Of a stretch of 64,000 nucleotides of DNA, positions 59,918 through 64,000 are shown one piece after another; the first letter of the stretch is position 1; each line of letters starts with the position of its first letter. The position numbers and the translations under genes are program-made. The notes under the pieces were generated by a model, which ran no database searches, was not told the origin of the DNA, and saw only the letters and a list, made by a program, of their open reading frames with translations. Source of the DNA: Fistulifera solaris (lineage: Eukaryota); NCBI GenBank assembly GCA_030295235.1, contig AP026133.1:248001-312000 (forward strand). The letters are read 5' to 3'.

Positions 59918-60222
59918 GTAAGGTTTTGCGTCTCCGTAGTTAAAGACTGTCGGCAAAGAGGGTCTTCGTTTCATAGTAGCAACAGAGTTTGCGGAAGAAA
60001 GCTTCGCTTCGTGAGCTGCGCGCGCGTAGTGCTTTAAGTAGTGCTCGTCGTAATCGACGCATCACGTAATAAGAATTGCTTGCTGCGCTTTCTTTCTTTT
60101 GCGAGAAAAATATTCACGTAGAGAACGTTTCTCTTATTATCTCGAGGCAACGTCGATTTTGTGAGGCTTGTTGTTTGCCTATTCTGACCGCCTGGTTCCT
60201 GCTTTCCTTTTCCTTCCGTTAG
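59918..60222 (+). other. Putative 5'-UTR intron of V-ATPase A
   Basis: AG|GTAAGG donor, CTGAC branch-like site near 60184, pyrimidine tract and TTAG acceptor ~25 nt before the ATG. Confidence 0.5.
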
Positions 60223-60246
60223 TGAAAATTTTCACGCTATATAAAT

Positions 60247-62113
60247 ATGTCAGAAGAAAAGGAGTCAGATTACGGCTTTATTTTTAAGGTCTCTGGACCG
60301 CTGGTGGTTGCCGATGGTATGAGCGGTTCTGCCATGTACGAGCTAGTGCGTGTCGGTCACTCCAAGCTGGTCGGAGAGATTATTAAGCTCGAAGGTGACA
60401 CTGCTTCGATTCAGGTGTACGAAGATACTTCGGGTTTGACCGTCGGTGACCCGGTTCTTCGAAAGAAGCAACCTCTCTCGGTGGAACTCGGACCCGGTAT
60501 CATGGGTACCATTTTCGACGGTATTCAGCGTCCACTGGAAAGTATTTTCATGGGGACCGGTGACGTGTATGTGCCAAAGGGTGTCGATATTCCTTGTCTT
60601 TCCCGTGACGTGCGCTGGACGTTCACTCCCGGAAATTTCCGCGAGGGTCAGCCCATTTCGGGCGGTGATGTGATCGGAACGGTGTACGAAAATGAGATCA
60701 TTGATAGTCACAAGATCCTTTGCCCGCCCAATGTTTACGGTATCGTCAGCAAAATTTACACCACTTCATCGGATGGAAAAGACACTTTCACTGTGGACGA
60801 CGTGGTGATGGAAGTCTTTAACGAGGCCCAGAACAAGACCCATTCTCTCACCTTGAGCCATTTCTGGCCCGTGCGTCGCCCCCGTCCGATTGCCGAGAAG
60901 CTCCCTGGCAATGCTCCCCTTATCACGGGCCTACGCGTGATTGATGGTTTATTTCCTTCCGTTTTGGGAGGAACGTGTGCCGTACCTGGTGCGTTCGGTT
61001 GCGGAAAGACCGTTATCAGTCAGTCGTTGTCCAAGTTCTCCAACAGTGACGCCATCGTTTATGTTGGTTGTGGAGAACGTGGTAACGAAATGGCGGAAGT
61101 GTTGTGTGATTTCCCTGAGTTGACCATGACAGTGAAAGATGCTACCACCGGACAAGAGAAAGAGGTTGGTATCATGAAACGCACCACGCTCGTTGCAAAC
61201 ACCTCGAACATGCCCGTGGCGGCTCGTGAAGCGTCCATTTACACGGGCATCACTCTCGCTGAGTACTTCCGCGATCAAGGGATGAATGTCTCCATGATGG
61301 CTGACTCGACTTCCCGATGGGCCGAAGCTCTTCGTGAGATTTCGGGTCGTCTTGGAGAGATGCCTGCCGATTCCGGTTACCCTGCTTATTTAGGAGCGCG
61401 TCTTGCTGCGTTTTACGAACGTGCCGGCCGTGTTGCCTGTCTGGGATCTCCGAACCGTGAGGGTACTGTGTCTGTTGTCGGGGCAGTTTCTCCTCCGGGT
61501 GGTGACTTCTCCGACCCTGTCACAGCAGCAACGTTGTCGATCGTGCAAGTCTTCTGGGGACTCGACAAGAAGCTAGCTCAACGAAAGCACTTCCCAAGTC
61601 TCAACTGGTTGATTTCTTACACCAAGTACATGCAAGTCCTGGAACCCTACTTCAACAACTTGGACAGCCAGTATTCCTACTTGCGAAATCAAGCCCGCAC
61701 CATTCTCCAACAGGAAGATAACTTGTCTGAAATCGTGCAGCTTGTTGGAAAGGAGTCTCTCTCGGAGGATCAAAAGGTTGTCATGGAGGTTGCGAAATTG
61801 CTTCGTGAAGATTTCTTGGCGCAGAATGCTTTCACTGATTATGACTTTACCTGCCCGCTTCCAAAGACTGTCGGTATGCTGAAAGTCATCATCAGCTTTT
61901 ATGACCTTTGCCAAAAGTCTATCGCGGATTCGCCTTCGGATGCTAAGCTGACGTATGCTCATATCAAGACAGCCTTGGCGCCAATCTTGCAAAAAAGTCG
62001 TTGATACGAAGTATGTTGATCCGAAGGCATCGGCCAGTGAAATCAGCAAGGAATATGTCGATTTAGTGGAGGAAATGAAACGCGAGTTTCAAACATTGAC
62101 GGACGGTATTTAA
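60247..62113 (+). CDS. ATP6V1A: V-type H+-ATPase catalytic subunit A (one frameshift at the A-run ~61991-61997)
   Basis: KVSGPLVVA, Walker [49 protein letters not shown]. The C-terminus continues VVDTKYVDP...LTDGI* (TAA 62111-62113). Confidence 0.97.
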
Positions 62114-62195
62114 TAATGTTAACTATTTGTTAATAGTCCTATATGACAAGCGAATGATTTTGATCGCATAGCTTATATTCGTCATGAGCACGTTG

Positions 62196-63101
62196 TTACC
62201 CTTTCTTCTGGAACCATTTACCATGTGTTACACCAAAAGGAAGCATGACGGCCACTGCTCCTCCGACTATGTTCCCCAATGTTACAGGAATCAAGTTCTT
62301 GGTGAACATTTGCGCAATAGTGATTTCCGCTCCCCTCATCATACCGAGCGGAATCAAGCACATGTTGGCGACGGAATGATCCAGTCCTAAAGCCACAAAC
62401 GCAGAAATAGGGAACCAGACCGCCGTCATTTTGCCAACCATGGAGGAGCATCCGGATGCCATGTAAACGGCCATACAAACGAGCCAGTTGCACATGAGGC
62501 CACGAGTAAACGCAACACCCCAGGGTACCGAACACTTCGCTGTCGCCAGCGTAACAGCACCAGGAGCGGCCCCCAACGTCATACCTTGAAAAGCCAAGTA
62601 GGCCAAAAGGAGTGACCCTACAAAATTTCCAAGGTAACTTGCCACCCAGCTCTTGACAAGGTCTTTTCTTTGGATTTTCCCCTCCATGTAGGCAGCGGTC
62701 ACGAGAGCGGTATTACCCGTAAACAGTTCTCCACCCGTCACCAAAGTCATGATTAGACCAAAGGGAAGACCAAATGCTCCGGTAATGATTTTCTGTAGAC
62801 CCGGATTGGATTCAAGAAGACCCGGGCAGGCTCCCCCCACCGAAATGGCCAAGAAAATTCCAAAGCCAATGTGGCAGCCCGATACCACACCGAGCGTAAA
62901 AATCTTGGAAAAGGATGCCGTCGCTTTCTTGACTCCGGCCGCCACGGCTCCTTCGTAAAGTGCTACGGGTAGCTTTAACTCCGGCTCGACCAACGACGAA
63001 GATATGGACATCGTCGGCACCTTGCCCATTGGCTGACTAATCGCAAAGGCGGAGCTGGTGGCGCTGACAATGAGCAGAATAAACGTGATGAGACGAACCA
63101 T
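62196..63101 (-). CDS. NAR1: Formate/nitrite transporter (NAR1-type), plastid-targeted
   Basis: Bipartite presequence MVRLITFILLIVSATSSA/FAI, GLPFGL...GGELFTGN, RGLMCNWLVCMA, GLDHSVANM, VTLGNIVGG. Confidence 0.92.
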   Translation of the reverse strand: MVRLITFILLIVSATSSAFAISQPMGKVPTMSISSSLVEPELKLPVALYEGAVAAGVKKATASFSKIFTLGVVSGCHIGFGIFLAISVGGACPGLLESNPGLQKIITGAFGLPFGLIMTLVTGGELFTGNTALVTAAYMEGKIQRKDLVKSWVASYLGNFVGSLLLAYLAFQGMTLGAAPGAVTLATAKCSVPWGVAFTRGLMCNWLVCMAVYMASGCSSMVGKMTAVWFPISAFVALGLDHSVANMCLIPLGMMRGAEITIAQMFTKNLIPVTLGNIVGGAVAVMLPFGVTHGKWFQKKG

Positions 63102-63525
63102 GGTTCCGATGACAGCTAACAGATAACAGATGACGATGTTTATGAGAATAAATGATGATCGCGCCAATGGGCGAAGATGCCGATGAGAAAAAGGATCGGA
63201 AGAAGTGATGCAACGATGCCGAAATTGTGAAGATGCCGGAGTTTTGGGGCAACGCTCGTATGTCGTCCGAAGGATGACGTATCGTTGTTGTCTCAAGACT
63301 GACACTCATGTCTCGAGATCAGAAGCGGTGCGCGTGTGTGTTGCGTTTGTTATTATTTGGTTGCAACTTTGCAACCATACAATGCCATAAAAGATCCTCT
63401 TGCTGTCATCAAGACGTATAACAGCCTATCTTTATCAATTCAATAGCCGTAAAGATTCGAAAAGAGCTCGCAAGGACGACGTTGTTTTTTTCGAAAGAAT
63501 TAGGATTTTGTGCAATTGCGACACT

Positions 63526-64000
63526 ATGGCGGACCCAATGGAAGTCAATGAAGAGCGAGTCACTGCAGAGTCGTACGGTTCTCTAAATACCAGCAACGCC
63601 GCAGACGAATGTTGGGTGATTCGTATCCCGAAAAAATTGGCAGAATTGTGGGAAAAAGCTCCGGAGGGCACCGATTTAGGTGAAATGGTGTTTACCAAAG
63701 GCGGGACGACCGCCACCGGACGAAAAGTCAAACCGTCACTCACCGTTCATGTTTCCGAGTCACTCGTCGAGCAGATGCAACCGCCGGTTCCTCACAACCG
63801 CAATTTACCTCCCGGTACGGTACCCCCTTCTTCTATGCCTCTCAATTATTCACTACAAGCCATGACGAAGAAAGTGCCGGTGATGCATCCTTTCGTACGG
63901 AATCCGTATAATGGTTCGGTGCAGATACTTGGAACCGTCACTAGAACGGCCAACCTGCAAGTCGAACAGGATCAAAACTATCGTACACTTCTCAAAGACC
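63526..64000 (+). CDS. GTF2F2: Transcription initiation factor IIF beta subunit (RAP30), 5' part; runs off the window
   Basis: Own translation from ATG 63526: MADPMEV...SLNTSNAADECWVIRIPKKLAELWEKA...DLGEMVF. It is absent from the ORF track because there is no stop codon in the window. Confidence 0.75.
   Translation, partial: MADPMEVNEERVTAESYGSLNTSNAADECWVIRIPKKLAELWEKAPEGTDLGEMVFTKGGTTATGRKVKPSLTVHVSESLVEQMQPPVPHNRNLPPGTVPPSSMPLNYSLQAMTKKVPVMHPFVRNPYNGSVQILGTVTRTANLQVEQDQNYRTLLKD

Noticed and set aside
61060..61090. VMA1-type intein insertion site in V-ATPase A
   Set aside because: [10 protein letters not shown] is contiguous, so no intein is present.
35679..64000. Functional clustering of cyclin H with TFIIF-beta, or of the transporters
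   Set aside because: The genes are far apart among unrelated loci, with no evidence of a co-regulated cluster.
1..64000. tRNA, rRNA, telomeric repeats or LTR retrotransposon
   Set aside because: None was recognised by eye; a tRNAscan-SE or Infernal run would be needed to exclude small RNAs.

Overview
Gene-dense eukaryotic nuclear DNA, most likely from a pennate diatom. This is inferred from the short GT-AG introns, bipartite plastid presequences of the 'SSA-FA' type on NAR1 and rubredoxin, and gene families that look diatom-like. About 30 protein-coding loci are present, including PA200/Blm10, RUS1, cyclin H, V-ATPase A, TFIIF-beta, NAR1, plastid rubredoxin, AIM24, an L-lactate permease and two aldo-keto reductases. 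Many are split by single-base frameshifts, often at homopolymers and even in essential genes, which points to an unpolished long-read assembly rather than mass pseudogenisation. The standout feature is a complete 5,854-bp Mutator-like (MULE) DNA transposon at 21162-27015. It has perfect 130-bp terminal inverted repeats and a perfect 9-bp target-site duplication (TAAAAAATC). Its one-directional coding region carries a DDE transposase, a SWIM finger, a CCHC knuckle, a repeated 'SPAT' linker and a Ulp1/SENP-type (C48) protease with all catalytic residues, apparently as one polyprotein. Other unusual architectures are a TPR-PDZ-ankyrin-degenerate FYVE-R-SNARE protein and a degenerate type III pantothenate-kinase-like protein carrying three Tudor-like repeats. 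All family assignments come from motif recognition by eye; no database searches were run.
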